Assembly (NCBI GenBank): GCA_023717525.1
Contig: JAMQPK010000021.1
Location: 612-64,611, forward strand
Reading direction: 5' to 3'
Source of the DNA: Vicinamibacterales bacterium
GTDB lineage: Bacteria; Acidobacteriota; Vicinamibacteria; Vicinamibacterales; JAMQPK01
Length of the DNA stretch: 64,000 bases
Part shown: positions 49,332-58,858 of the stretch, piece by piece
Layout of the letters: each line of letters starts with the position of its first letter
Numbering within the stretch: position 1 is the first letter of the stretch
Position numbers and translations under genes: made by a program
The notes under the pieces: generated by a model
What the model was told of the DNA's origin: nothing
The model's database searches: none
The model's input: the letters and a program-made list of their open reading frames with translations, nothing else

Positions 49332-50737
49332 GCGGTGTGCTCGAGCAGGCCAAGCGCATCCATTTCATCGGCATCGGTGGAATCGGGATGAGCGGCATCG
49401 CTGAGCTGCTGGTGAATCTTGGGTACGAAGTGAGCGGATCGGATATGCAGCGAACAGACATCACTGACCGGCTCGAGTCGCTGGGTGCGCGCGTGGTCGA
49501 AGGGCATCACGCCGGAAATCTGGGCGCGGCGCAGGTCGTCGTCTATTCGTCGGCCGTGGCACCCTCGAATCCAGAGATGGCCGCGGCCCGCGACCGTCAG
49601 CTGCCAGTCGTGCCGCGCGCCGATCTGCTCGCCGAGCTGATGCGGCTACGACAGGGCATTGCCGTTGCCGGCGCTCATGGAAAAACGACCACCACGTCGA
49701 TGATCGCGTTGGTACTGGATGCGGCCGGCCTCGACCCGACTGCGGTCATCGGCGGGCGCGTGAGTGCATTCGGGAGCAACGCGCGACTCGGCCGGGGCAA
49801 GTATCTCGTGGCGGAAGCCGATGAAAGCGATCGCTCATTCCTCAGGCTCTCGCCACGGTTCGCCGTGATCACGAACATTGATCGCGAACACCTGGAGGCC
49901 TATCGCGATTTCGACGATCTGCAGGCGTCGTTCGCGCAGTTCGCGAACCTGGTGCCAGCAAATGGGGGCGTCGTGATTCTGTGCGCCGACGATCCGTACC
50001 TGAAACGGTTGAGGCCGGCGATCCATCGGCCAACCGTCAGCTACGGCTTCGACCCGACGGCGGACATTACGGCCGTGGACGTTCGGCTCGCGGGGTTCGG
50101 GTCGGCGTCGCGTGTCGTGGCCCGGAGACGAGACGGGCAAACAGCGGACCTGGGAGATCTGGTGCTGAATACGCCCGGTAGCCACAACGTGCTGAACGCC
50201 CTCGCAGCGGTGGCGCTGGGACGCGAGTTGGGCATCGCCTGGAGCCACATCGCCGCTGCGCTCGCCGGGTTTCACGGCGCGGAGCGGCGGTTTCAGGTTC
50301 ACGGCGAGGCCAACGGCGTAACGGTGGTCGAAGATTACGGCCATCACCCCACGGAGATCGCCGCGGTGATCGCGGCGGCAAAACCGGCGACGCGCGGCCG
50401 GTTGCTGGTCGCGTTCCAGCCACACAGATTCTCGCGGACGCAGATGCTGATGCGCGACTTCGGGCCCGCCTTTTCCGGCGCCGATCTCGTTGTGCTGACG
50501 GACATCTATGCGGCGGGCGAAGCCCCGATCCCTGGCGTCGACGTCGAGTCGCTCGCCAGGGAGATCGCCAGCGAGTTCCATGGCGCGGTCGCGGTGATCA
50601 CGCCGCTTGGCAAGGTGGCTCAGAAGCTTGCCAGTGAAGCGCGTCCGGGAGATCTCATCCTCCTGCTTGGCGCCGGATCGATTGGCTCGATCTGGCGAAA
50701 CGTGTTGAGTGAACTGGAACGAGGTGCAAAGAGCTGA
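49328..50737 (+). CDS. murC: UDP-N-acetylmuramate--L-alanine ligase
   Basis: IHFIGIGGIGMSGIAE, GAHGKTTTTSM and DYGHHPTEI. Confidence 0.93.
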   Translation: MSGVLEQAKRIHFIGIGGIGMSGIAELLVNLGYEVSGSDMQRTDITDRLESLGARVVEGHHAGNLGAAQVVVYSSAVAPSNPEMAAARDRQLPVVPRADLLAELMRLRQGIAVAGAHGKTTTTSMIALVLDAAGLDPTAVIGGRVSAFGSNARLGRGKYLVAEADESDRSFLRLSPRFAVITNIDREHLEAYRDFDDLQASFAQFANLVPANGGVVILCADDPYLKRLRPAIHRPTVSYGFDPTADITAVDVRLAGFGSASRVVARRRDGQTADLGDLVLNTPGSHNVLNALAAVALGRELGIAWSHIAAALAGFHGAERRFQVHGEANGVTVVEDYGHHPTEIAAVIAAAKPATRGRLLVAFQPHRFSRTQMLMRDFGPAFSGADLVVLTDIYAAGEAPIPGVDVESLAREIASEFHGAVAVITPLGKVAQKLASEARPGDLILLLGAGSIGSIWRNVLSELERGAKS

Positions 50738-51615
50738 TGCCGATCACCGCACCGGCTGACAAACGGTTCAGGCGCGCGCACCTGAAGCCGGCGCGCAAAC
50801 GCACCGGCTGGATGGCGCGCCGCTGGCGCGTCGTGGGCGTGGTGTCGGCGGTCGTGGTCGGCTTGCTCGTCGCGCATCGGGCGTTCACCGGATTCCTCGA
50901 CCTGGAGATCTTTCAGGTGCGACGGATTGTCGTGCATGGCAACCACCGGTTGTCGAACGCGGAGGTCGTTTCCCTCCTCGATGGTCTGCGCGGGGAGAGT
51001 CTGCTGGCCTTGAATCTCGATGACTGGCGCCGAGGTGTAATGGCGTCGCCCTGGGTGGAAGACGTGTCGCTTCACCGGACGTTGCCATCGACCGTCGACG
51101 TGACCGTTCAAGAGCGGGCGCCCATCGGTATCGGCCGCATTCGCGGCTCGCTCTTTCTCGTGGACGAGCGCGGAGACGTCATCGACGAGTACGGACCGAA
51201 CTACGTCGATCTCGACCTGCCCATCATCGACGGGCTGTCGTCTGCGCCTGAGGAGACCAACCCCGACGTTCCTCGCGCCCTGCTGGTGCGCCGGCTGATG
51301 GACTCGCTGCGCGCGCGCAACATGGCGTCGCGCATCTCTCAGATCGATGTGACCGACGCCCGCAACGCCATCGTCCTGCTTGACGGCGATCCGACGTCGA
51401 TTCGTCTCGGCAACGAGCGTTTTGTGGAGCGCCTGCAGGCGTACTTCGACCTCGCTCCAACCTTGCGCGAGCAGGTGCCGAGCATCGACTACGTCGACTT
51501 GCGATTTGACGAACGGGTGTACGTGCGGCCGGCCCGGCGAGGGGCATCTGAGGTGCCGATCGCGAGGCCTCCGGTGAGGCCGCAGAAGCGTGGACGGGGA
51601 ACACAGACGGGGTAG
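50737..51615 (+). CDS. ftsQ: Cell division protein FtsQ
   Basis: TGATG overlap with murC. One TM, a POTRA-like region (VRRIVVHGNHRLSNAEV), and the expected position before ftsA. Confidence 0.8.
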   Translation: MPITAPADKRFRRAHLKPARKRTGWMARRWRVVGVVSAVVVGLLVAHRAFTGFLDLEIFQVRRIVVHGNHRLSNAEVVSLLDGLRGESLLALNLDDWRRGVMASPWVEDVSLHRTLPSTVDVTVQERAPIGIGRIRGSLFLVDERGDVIDEYGPNYVDLDLPIIDGLSSAPEETNPDVPRALLVRRLMDSLRARNMASRISQIDVTDARNAIVLLDGDPTSIRLGNERFVERLQAYFDLAPTLREQVPSIDYVDLRFDERVYVRPARRGASEVPIARPPVRPQKRGRGTQTG

Positions 51616-51617
51616 AT

Positions 51618-51652
51618 GGGAAGGGCTAAGGGCTGAGGGCTAAGGGCACTGA
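51618..51652. repeat. Tandem heptamer array (GGGCTAA/GGGCTGA units), single arm, in the ftsQ-ftsA spacer
   Basis: Read directly: GGGAAGGGCTAAGGGCTGAGGGCTAAGGGCACTGAG. The same units recur after ftsZ at 54188-54216. Confidence 0.75.
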
Positions 51653-51666
51653 GAAAAGAGGGTGCG

Positions 51667-52902
51667 TTGGGCAGCAGAGACCGTTACCTGGTTGGACTGG
51701 ACATCGGCACGTCGAAGATTGGCGCCATCGTCGCCGAAATGATGGACGACGGCAGCCTCGAGGTCATCGGGATCGGCATGGCAGAGGCGAAAGGGATTCG
51801 CCGCGGCGCCGTGGTGAATCTCGAGGCGGCCGTCGACTCCATCAAACATGCCGTCGATGAGGCCGAGCTGATGGCGGGCGTGGAGGTCGATGCGGTTCAC
51901 ATCGCCATCTCCGGGCCGCATATCAAGGGATTCAACAGTCGAGGCGTGATTGCCGTGGCGGGAAAGAACCGCGAGATCACGCGCGATGACGTACGCCGTG
52001 CCATCGACGCTGCGAAAGCCGTCGCGCTCCCGACAGGCCGCGAGATCCTTCACGTTCTTCCGCAGGACTTCGTCGTCGACGATCAGGACGGCATCGGCGC
52101 GCCCGTCGGCATGACCGGCGCGCGCCTCGAGGTGAACGTCCACATTGTCACTGGCGGAACTACTGCCACCCAGAACATCGTCGCGTGCGTGAACCGCGCC
52201 GGCCTCAGCGTCGTCGACACCGTGATCGAACAGCTTGCGGCCAGCGAAGCGGTGCTGACGCCCGACGAGAAAGAACTCGGCGTGGCCCTCATCGACATCG
52301 GCGGCGGGACAACCGATCTCGCCATTTTCGAGCGAGGCAGCCTCTGGCACACCGGCGTGATCGGCATCGGCGGCGATCACTTCACCAACGACATTGCGGT
52401 CGGACTACGGACGCCGATTCCAGATGCGGAAAAACTCAAGCGGAAATGCGGATGTGCACTGTCATCGATCGTCGACGAGGACGAAACGATGGAAGTCGCC
52501 AGCGTTGGCGGCAGAAAGTCGAGACTGTTGGCCAGACGCGTGTTGTCGGAAATCCTCCAGCCGCGCGCCGAGGAAATCTTCCACCAGGCGTGGGACGAGA
52601 TTCGGCGTGCGGGCTACGAAAAGTCCCTTAACTCCGGCATCGTGTTGACAGGAGGAGGCGCGATTCTCGAAGGGATGCCCGAGATCGCCGAACAGATATT
52701 CGATCTGCCGATCAGGCGCGGAAGTCCTGCGGGTGTCGGCGGTCTGGCCGATCACGTGAGCAATCCGGAGTTCGCCACCGCCGTCGGACTCGTGTTGTAC
52801 GCGCAGCGCAATCACATTGGCGAAGCCGGCCGGATGGCCGGCGCCGGAGCGTTCGGACGCGTGGCCGGTCGGCTGCGCGGGTTGTTCAAAGAGTTCTTTT
52901 GA
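51667..52902 (+). CDS. ftsA: Cell division protein FtsA
   Basis: Actin-fold motifs LVGLDIGTSKI and DIGGGTTDLAI. TTG start preceded by a purine-rich stretch. Confidence 0.93.
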   Translation: MGSRDRYLVGLDIGTSKIGAIVAEMMDDGSLEVIGIGMAEAKGIRRGAVVNLEAAVDSIKHAVDEAELMAGVEVDAVHIAISGPHIKGFNSRGVIAVAGKNREITRDDVRRAIDAAKAVALPTGREILHVLPQDFVVDDQDGIGAPVGMTGARLEVNVHIVTGGTTATQNIVACVNRAGLSVVDTVIEQLAASEAVLTPDEKELGVALIDIGGGTTDLAIFERGSLWHTGVIGIGGDHFTNDIAVGLRTPIPDAEKLKRKCGCALSSIVDEDETMEVASVGGRKSRLLARRVLSEILQPRAEEIFHQAWDEIRRAGYEKSLNSGIVLTGGGAILEGMPEIAEQIFDLPIRRGSPAGVGGLADHVSNPEFATAVGLVLYAQRNHIGEAGRMAGAGAFGRVAGRLRGLFKEFF

Positions 52903-52926
52903 TCCCTTCTGATTTGGAGGCCACGA

Positions 52927-54168
52927 ATGGCAGAAATGCGTGAAACCCCGTTACGTTTGAAGCTGGCTGAGGAAACGCGCGCCGGTGCCCGCATCAAAGT
53001 GGTCGGCGTAGGCGGCGGCGGCGGCAACGCCGTGAACCGGATGGTGCAGGTCGGACTGGAAGGCGTCGAGTTCATCGTCGCGAACACGGACCTCCAGGCG
53101 CTCAACGGCAACGCGGCGACGACGAAGATTCAGATTGGCAGCAGACTGACCAAGGGATTGGGCGCCGGCGCCGATCCGAACGTTGGCCGCGAAGCGGCCC
53201 TCGAGGACACCGATCAATTGATCCAGGCGCTGACCGGTGCGGACATGGTCTTTGTGACGACCGGGCTCGGTGGCGGAACGGGAACGGGCGCGGCGCCGGT
53301 CATTGCGAGCCTCGCGTGCGAACTGGGGGCACTGACGGTGGCGGTCGTGACAAAGCCGTTCAAGTTTGAAGGCAAGAAGCGACTGGCTCAGGCCGATCGC
53401 GGGCTCGCGGCCCTCCGGGAATGCGTGGATACGATCATCACGATTCCGAACGAGCGGTTGCTGGCCATCGTCGAGCGCTCGACGACGCTCCCCGAGGCGT
53501 TTGCGACGGCTGACGATGTTCTGCGCCAGGCCATTCAGGGCATCTCGGACCTGATCCTCGTTCCCGGACTCATCAACCTGGATTTCGCAGACGTGAAAAC
53601 CATCATGTCCGGCATGGGCATGGCAATGATGGGCACAGGAATCATGTCGGGCGAGAACAGGACTATCGAAGCCGCGAAGGCGGCGATCTCGAGTCCGCTG
53701 CTCGAAGGCGCCTCCGTCCACGGAGCACGCGGCGTGATTATCAACGTGACCGGCGGTCACGACCTGTCGCTGATGGAAGTGAACGAAGCATCACTGCTCA
53801 TCCAGGAAGCCGCCCATGAGGATGCCAACATCATCTTTGGTGCCGTCGTCGACCCGAAGCTCGATGGCCGCGTCAAGGTGACAGTTATCGCGACCGGGTT
53901 CGACCCTGCCGCGAATCAGCATGTGACCCCGCCGGGAATTCAGACGCCGGTGGATCTTCAACACTACACCGCGCATCTGAAGGATCGCGTCGAAGCACCT
54001 GCCGCGGATCTGGGACGTCTCTCGATTGCCAGGAGGCCTGCGATCGATCTCGGGGCAGCAGTGTCTGGCGCCGGTGGGCACCAGCCGTCGGCCAGGGATT
54101 CAGGCGACCTCGACCTCGACGCACTGTCGGCGTTCGATGTCCCGGCATTCCTGCGTCGCGAAGGCTAG
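52927..54168 (+). CDS. ftsZ: Cell division protein FtsZ
   Basis: [13 protein letters not shown], the [13 protein letters not shown] tubulin signature, and the C-terminal conserved peptide DVPAFLRR. Confidence 0.97.
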   Translation: MAEMRETPLRLKLAEETRAGARIKVVGVGGGGGNAVNRMVQVGLEGVEFIVANTDLQALNGNAATTKIQIGSRLTKGLGAGADPNVGREAALEDTDQLIQALTGADMVFVTTGLGGGTGTGAAPVIASLACELGALTVAVVTKPFKFEGKKRLAQADRGLAALRECVDTIITIPNERLLAIVERSTTLPEAFATADDVLRQAIQGISDLILVPGLINLDFADVKTIMSGMGMAMMGTGIMSGENRTIEAAKAAISSPLLEGASVHGARGVIINVTGGHDLSLMEVNEASLLIQEAAHEDANIIFGAVVDPKLDGRVKVTVIATGFDPAANQHVTPPGIQTPVDLQHYTAHLKDRVEAPAADLGRLSIARRPAIDLGAAVSGAGGHQPSARDSGDLDLDALSAFDVPAFLRREG

Positions 54169-54187
54169 GACACGCAGCATTTCTGTC

Positions 54188-54245
54188 AGGGCTGAGGGCT
54201 AAGGGCTGAGGGCTGACTGGCCGTGAGCCCTTAGCCCTCAGCCCT
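54188..54245 (+). terminator. 20-bp perfect stem hairpin built from GGGCTGA/GGGCTAA heptamers, at the 3' end of the dcw cluster
   Basis: AGGGCTGAGGGCTAAGGGCT (54188-54207) pairs perfectly with AGCCCTTAGCCCTCAGCCCT (54226-54245). The loop is 18 nt. No clear U-tract follows. Confidence 0.55.
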
Positions 54246-54336
54246 TCCTGATACACTAGGTATACCCACGGAAGACGGGATCGGCGGCGTCGCAGGCTGA
54301 GCAGCCTGCCGCCAGAAGAGTCCTTCCTCAGCATTT

Positions 54337-56079
54337 ATGAACTCCTGGCAACTGAAAGAACAGGCGCATGCCACCCTGGCGAAAGAGGTCGGCTATGTAC
54401 GCAAGCCGCACGCCGACCGGCTCCGTGTCGCGCTCGCATTTCCCAACACGTACTACGTGGGCATGTCGAACCTGGGTTTTCAGACCGTCTATCAGCTCTT
54501 CAACGCGCACGATGATGTCGTGTGCGAGAGGATGTTTCTTCCGCCCAAGCAGCAATTGAAGGAACAGCTGTCGTCGGCAACTCCGATCATCACGATCGAG
54601 TCCCAGACGCTGGCGCGCGACTTTGACGTCATCGCTTTTTCGGTGTCGTTCGAGTGGGACTACACGAACATCCTCACCATGCTGCGGCTGGCGGGCGTGC
54701 CGATCCACGCGGCGAAGCGTACGGCGCACGATCCGCTGGTGGTGATTGGCGGCGCGATCACGTTCGTGAACCCAGAACCGCTGGCGCCCTTTGCCGACGT
54801 CATTGCCGCCGGCGAGGGTGAAGAGCTCGTGCCGGGGCTGATCGACGCATTTCGTGACGGCGGCGGGCGACAGGATCTGCTGAGAAGCCTGGCCAGCAAG
54901 CGCGGCTTCTACGTGCCGTCTTTCTACGACGTGAACTACAAAGCCGACGGCACGATCGAGGGATTCGTGCCGAAAGCCGGTACGGGCGCGCCTCCTGTCG
55001 TGAAGAAGGCCGCGTTGTCGACCACCGCTGCCGTGGAACCGCCTTGCACGCGCATCTTTACTCCGGACACTGAGTTCGGTTCGAGGTTTCTGATCGAGGT
55101 CGTCCGAGGCTGCGCCAACCTGTGCCGCTTCTGCTGGGCCGGCTACAACTATCTGCCGGTGCGCGCGTTCCCCGCCGATCGCATCCTCGAGCGTGCGAAG
55201 GAGGCGCGGGCACATTCGAGCCACGCAGGGCTCGTATCCATTGCGCTTTGCGACCATCCGGAAATCGAGCGCATCCTGACGGGACTCGCGGAGATGGGCT
55301 ATTCGATTAGTCCGGCATCGCTTCGCCTGGACGATCTGACGCCATCGATCGTCCGCCAGCTCCGCGAGAGCGGTGAAAAAACTCTGACCATCGCGCCGGA
55401 GACCGGCTCCGATCGGCTGCGCCGTGTCATCAACAAGACCGTGACCAACGACGAAATTCTCGATCGCGCGGAGCTCATCTTTTCGAGCGGCATCGAGAAC
55501 CTGAAGCTCTATTACATGATCGGCCTGCCGAGCGAGACCGACGACGATCTCATCGCAATTCGCGATCTGACGCTGCAGATGCGCGACATCATGCTGGCGC
55601 ACGCAAAGGGCCGGGGACACATCGGCAGAATCATCGCCAGCGTGAACCCCCTGATACCGAAGCCGTCGACCACCTACCAATGGCTGCCGATGGAGGCTCC
55701 AGACGTGATCGAAGCGAAGGTAAAGCGCCTTCGGGCATTGACCGCCGACATCGACAATGTGTTCTTCAACATCAAGTCCGAACGTCATTCGTTTTTCCAG
55801 GCATTGCTGTCACTTGGCGACCGGCGCGTCGCTCCGGCGATTGAAGCCGCCGAAGCCAATGGCGGCGACTGGCGGAAAGCCGTTGCCGATACTGGCGTCG
55901 ACGCCGACTTCTATGTGTTCAGAAACAAATCTGACGATGCCGTACTCCCGTGGAGCATCATCGATGGCGGCATGAAGGAAGCGTTTTTCCGCGGTGAGCT
56001 CGAAAAGAGCTTGCGCGCGGAATGGACGCTTCCCCCCAAACGCCAGGCAGAAAACGCCCGCCTTCTTCCCGTCCTCTGA
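54337..56079 (+). CDS. B12-binding-domain radical SAM protein
   Basis: 580 aa. The N-terminal Rossmann-like region is followed by RGCANLCRFCWAGYNY (CxxxCxxC cluster motif). Confidence 0.85.
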   Translation: MNSWQLKEQAHATLAKEVGYVRKPHADRLRVALAFPNTYYVGMSNLGFQTVYQLFNAHDDVVCERMFLPPKQQLKEQLSSATPIITIESQTLARDFDVIAFSVSFEWDYTNILTMLRLAGVPIHAAKRTAHDPLVVIGGAITFVNPEPLAPFADVIAAGEGEELVPGLIDAFRDGGGRQDLLRSLASKRGFYVPSFYDVNYKADGTIEGFVPKAGTGAPPVVKKAALSTTAAVEPPCTRIFTPDTEFGSRFLIEVVRGCANLCRFCWAGYNYLPVRAFPADRILERAKEARAHSSHAGLVSIALCDHPEIERILTGLAEMGYSISPASLRLDDLTPSIVRQLRESGEKTLTIAPETGSDRLRRVINKTVTNDEILDRAELIFSSGIENLKLYYMIGLPSETDDDLIAIRDLTLQMRDIMLAHAKGRGHIGRIIASVNPLIPKPSTTYQWLPMEAPDVIEAKVKRLRALTADIDNVFFNIKSERHSFFQALLSLGDRRVAPAIEAAEANGGDWRKAVADTGVDADFYVFRNKSDDAVLPWSIIDGGMKEAFFRGELEKSLRAEWTLPPKRQAENARLLPVL

Positions 56080-56098
56080 AGCCGGCGAGCGGGTGCCG

Positions 56099-56404
56099 CT
56101 ATTCCGCGATTGCCAGATGCTCCTCGTGCTCCTGATACGCCTGCAGGATGAGGTCGCGCACGCGATCCTGCGACGTTGCGTCGGCGACAGGCCGTAGCAG
56201 GGCGAAGCTCCGGCGCTCGCCGTTCACCGAGTACTGACGAGCCGGGAACGTGACGTTGCGGCCGTTGCCGTTCCGTCGCTCCCACACCGCGAATCCGACC
56301 AGCTTCAGGCCTTGAAGATGGCCGTCCTCAAAATGGAGCTCAGCTTCGGCGAGTTTTCCTGGAGGGGTGCCTTTGTCATTGGGTGTGATCTTTACAGTCA
56401 TCAT
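56099..56404 (-). CDS. Small SpoVG-like protein (weak assignment)
   Basis: AAGGAG lies upstream of a tandem ATGATG. KLAEAELHFEDGHLQGLKLVGFAVWERRNGNGRNVTFPARQY mimics the SpoVG pattern of a beta-hairpin core followed by a conserved Pro/Arg segment. This is by-eye similarity only. Confidence 0.45.
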   Translation of the reverse strand: MMTVKITPNDKGTPPGKLAEAELHFEDGHLQGLKLVGFAVWERRNGNGRNVTFPARQYSVNGERRSFALLRPVADATSQDRVRDLILQAYQEHEEHLAIAE

Positions 56405-56559
56405 GTGCTCCTTATGCGCGATCACACAGGCAAAGCGGGTACCCGGCCAGCGCCGGCGGCCATGTCAGTGAAACATGCTGATGCGGAAGGACTTTACGAT
56501 CGTGCGACGAAGGAGACCATCGGCCGAGGGTCCACGCCAGAACGGAGTGACAACTGGAG

Positions 56560-56940
56560 TTACGCGCCGAGGAGCATCACCTGGGCGATCGCCAGGGTTT
56601 GCGAGTGCGTTATGGTGAGGAGCGAACCGCTCGCCTTCAACCGCTCGAAGTGTCGGGCTGCGCCACCGTGAAACCGTAGTTGCGGTGGACCGCCCTGGCG
56701 GACGACCTCGATGTCGCGCCAGAACACGCCGTGCGCGTTCCCGGTGCCGAGCGCTTTCATGGCCGCTTCCTTTGCGGCGAACCGCCCTGCAAGATGGGGC
56801 GCAGGGTTCCGGCGGCGTGTGGCGTACGCGATCTCACCTTCGGTGAACACGCGACGGAGAAACTTGTCGCCAAAACGCGCGACGGCGGCCTCAATCCGAT
56901 CAATTTCTGCGGCATCCATACCGATCCCGATAATATTCAT
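56560..56940 (-). CDS. acpS: Holo-[acyl-carrier-protein] synthase
   Basis: Start at MNIIGIGMDAAEIDRIE. Also RVFTEGEI, FAAKEAAMKALG and the trimeric AcpS length of about 126 aa. Confidence 0.88.
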   Translation of the reverse strand: MNIIGIGMDAAEIDRIEAAVARFGDKFLRRVFTEGEIAYATRRRNPAPHLAGRFAAKEAAMKALGTGNAHGVFWRDIEVVRQGGPPQLRFHGGAARHFERLKASGSLLTITHSQTLAIAQVMLLGA

Positions 56941-56946
56941 CGATCG

Positions 56947-57735
56947 ATGATCCTGCCCAAGCCTACTGGCGAGTTCGAATGGACGCAAGAGTCATGGGGG
57001 AGCGCCCTTCGTTGCACGGCGCTGGCGACCACCGCCCGTCATCTCTTTAGTACGCGGCAGCTGACGATTCCCGGCTCGCCGACAGAGGATACGGCGAGCT
57101 GGAGCGTGTTGGCGCGAGCACTGGATCTCGACTCGTCGCGCAACGCGCTCGTATGCCTGCGCCAAGTGCACCGGGCCGGCGTCTTTGAGGCCGCAGCCGA
57201 AATCGCCGCGAGGAGTCCAGTTGCAGAATGGCCGGAGGCAGACATTGCCATTAGCCGCGATGCGGCTGTTGGAGTAACCGTGCGCGCGGCCGACTGCGTC
57301 CCTGTTCTGCTGGCGGATCGCGTAACCGGTGCCGTGTCGGCGATTCATGCAGGCTGGCGTGGAACGGCAGCCGGCGCCGTAGGCGCGGCAGTGGAGGCCA
57401 TGACGACGCGCTTCGGCACCGAGCCGCGCAACGTCGTGGCCGCCGTGGGCCCTTCCATCGGGCCCTGCTGTTATACGGTGGGCGAGGAGCTGCCAGGGAA
57501 ATTCACGTCACACAGGGACGCACAGCGCTGGTTTACTCGAACCCGCGACGGATTGCGGCTTGATTTGTGGCGGGCCACCCGGGATCAGCTCGAACGGGCG
57601 GGTGTGTCAGCGGGAAATGTCCACGTCAGCGGGTTGTGCACGTTCGACCATCCCGGCATCTTCCATTCCTACCGTCGCGATGGCCATAAGGCCGGGCGGC
57701 TTGTTGCCGCAATCCGGGCGAATCCGAAAGGCTAG
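56947..57735 (+). CDS. pgeF: YfiH/PgeF family (purine nucleoside phosphorylase / peptidoglycan editing factor, DUF152)
   Basis: The internal ATG at 56947 avoids the acpS overlap. Contains DCVPVLL, HAGWRGT, PSIGPCCY and FHSYRRDG. Confidence 0.85.
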   Translation: MILPKPTGEFEWTQESWGSALRCTALATTARHLFSTRQLTIPGSPTEDTASWSVLARALDLDSSRNALVCLRQVHRAGVFEAAAEIAARSPVAEWPEADIAISRDAAVGVTVRAADCVPVLLADRVTGAVSAIHAGWRGTAAGAVGAAVEAMTTRFGTEPRNVVAAVGPSIGPCCYTVGEELPGKFTSHRDAQRWFTRTRDGLRLDLWRATRDQLERAGVSAGNVHVSGLCTFDHPGIFHSYRRDGHKAGRLVAAIRANPKG

Positions 57736-57797
57736 AAAAACGCGAAAACCCGCCTTATGCAACCCGAAGGGGCGTTCCTCCGTAAGGAAGGAGAAGG

Positions 57798-58367
57798 TTG
57801 GCTGCCACAGACGTCGAGCTGGTTCGTGGGGCGCTCACCGGATCCGAGCATGCGTTTCGCGACATCGTCCTTCGGTACCAGCGGCCGGTGTTCGGGCTCA
57901 TTGTCCGAGTGGTCCGGGATCCTGGCCGGGCCGAGGAACTGGCGCAGGACACATTCGTGAAGGCCTTTCGCGCCCTTCACACCTATGACGTTCAGCGGAA
58001 GTTTTCCGCCTGGTTGCTGACCATTGCCCATCATGTCGCGATCGATGAAGTGCGCAAGGGCACCCTCGCTACCGTGTCGATCGAGGAGCTGGGCGATCCA
58101 GATGGGCCGCGGATCGACATCGCGGACCGCAAGAGCGCCACGCCGGCGGCTCTCGCCGAGCGTGCGGCGCTCGCGACCGCGCTGAAGGTGGCAATCGGCA
58201 GGCTTCGCCCAGAGTATCAGGAGATTGTGACCTTGCGGTACGCGCAAGAGCTCGAATACGACGAGATTGCCGACATCACCGGGTTGCCGCTTGGCACCGT
58301 CAAGAGCTCGCTATTCCGCGCACGCAAGGAACTGGCCGTCGAGATGGAATCCATGGGGTGGAAATGA
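57798..58367 (+). CDS. ECF (group IV) sigma-70 family sigma factor
   Basis: TTG start after GGAAGGAGAAGG. Region 2 (FRDIVLRYQRPVFGLI...DTFVKAF) and region 4 (EIADITGLPLGTVKSSLFRARKEL). Confidence 0.9.
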   Translation: MAATDVELVRGALTGSEHAFRDIVLRYQRPVFGLIVRVVRDPGRAEELAQDTFVKAFRALHTYDVQRKFSAWLLTIAHHVAIDEVRKGTLATVSIEELGDPDGPRIDIADRKSATPAALAERAALATALKVAIGRLRPEYQEIVTLRYAQELEYDEIADITGLPLGTVKSSLFRARKELAVEMESMGWK

Positions 58368-58858
58368 CACGCCAGCACGAGGACGAACTGGACGCGCGGC
58401 TGTCGGAACTGTTTCGCGCAGTCGAGCAGCCCGAGCCGTCGCCAGGTTTCGCGTCGCGCACCTTGAAGGCGGTTCACGCTGCACCGTTGCCGGAGGGTCG
58501 ACAGCGGCTACGTAGTCTGTGGAGCGTTCGATTTGGATGGGGCGCATTCACCGGCGCCGCTGCCGCGGCGGGGTACGTCTTCGTGAATCTGCCGCTCGCC
58601 GCAAGAATGTTCGCGTCGATGATCGGTTTCACACTGGACACCGCCGCGGCTCTGGTGCGATTTGTGTTTGCCGGCCTGGCGTGGTCTGAACTGCTCATGA
58701 CGATCGGTCGAGCAGTTGCAATGGCAGCGGCGACTCGAGAAGGCACGACAACATTGATCGTGACGGCCGTGGTCGCAGGCATCGCCCTCTCGGCGTTGCG
58801 TCGATTGCTGTCGTCTGAGGGGGAGGCTTCACAATGGCAAGAGCTCTCGTCGCAATAG
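58364..58858 (+). CDS. Putative membrane anti-sigma factor (no zinc-binding ZAS motif)
   Basis: ATGA overlap with the sigma stop. A short cytoplasmic N-terminus is followed by several hydrophobic segments. The call rests on position and topology only. Confidence 0.5.
   Translation: MTRQHEDELDARLSELFRAVEQPEPSPGFASRTLKAVHAAPLPEGRQRLRSLWSVRFGWGAFTGAAAAAGYVFVNLPLAARMFASMIGFTLDTAAALVRFVFAGLAWSELLMTIGRAVAMAAATREGTTTLIVTAVVAGIALSALRRLLSSEGEASQWQELSSQ

Noticed and set aside
54328-55788. A 486-aa minus-strand ORF opposite the radical SAM gene
   Set aside because: It has no recognisable motifs, whereas the plus strand has the CxxxCxxC radical SAM motif and a coherent domain layout. It is a GC-rich shadow ORF.
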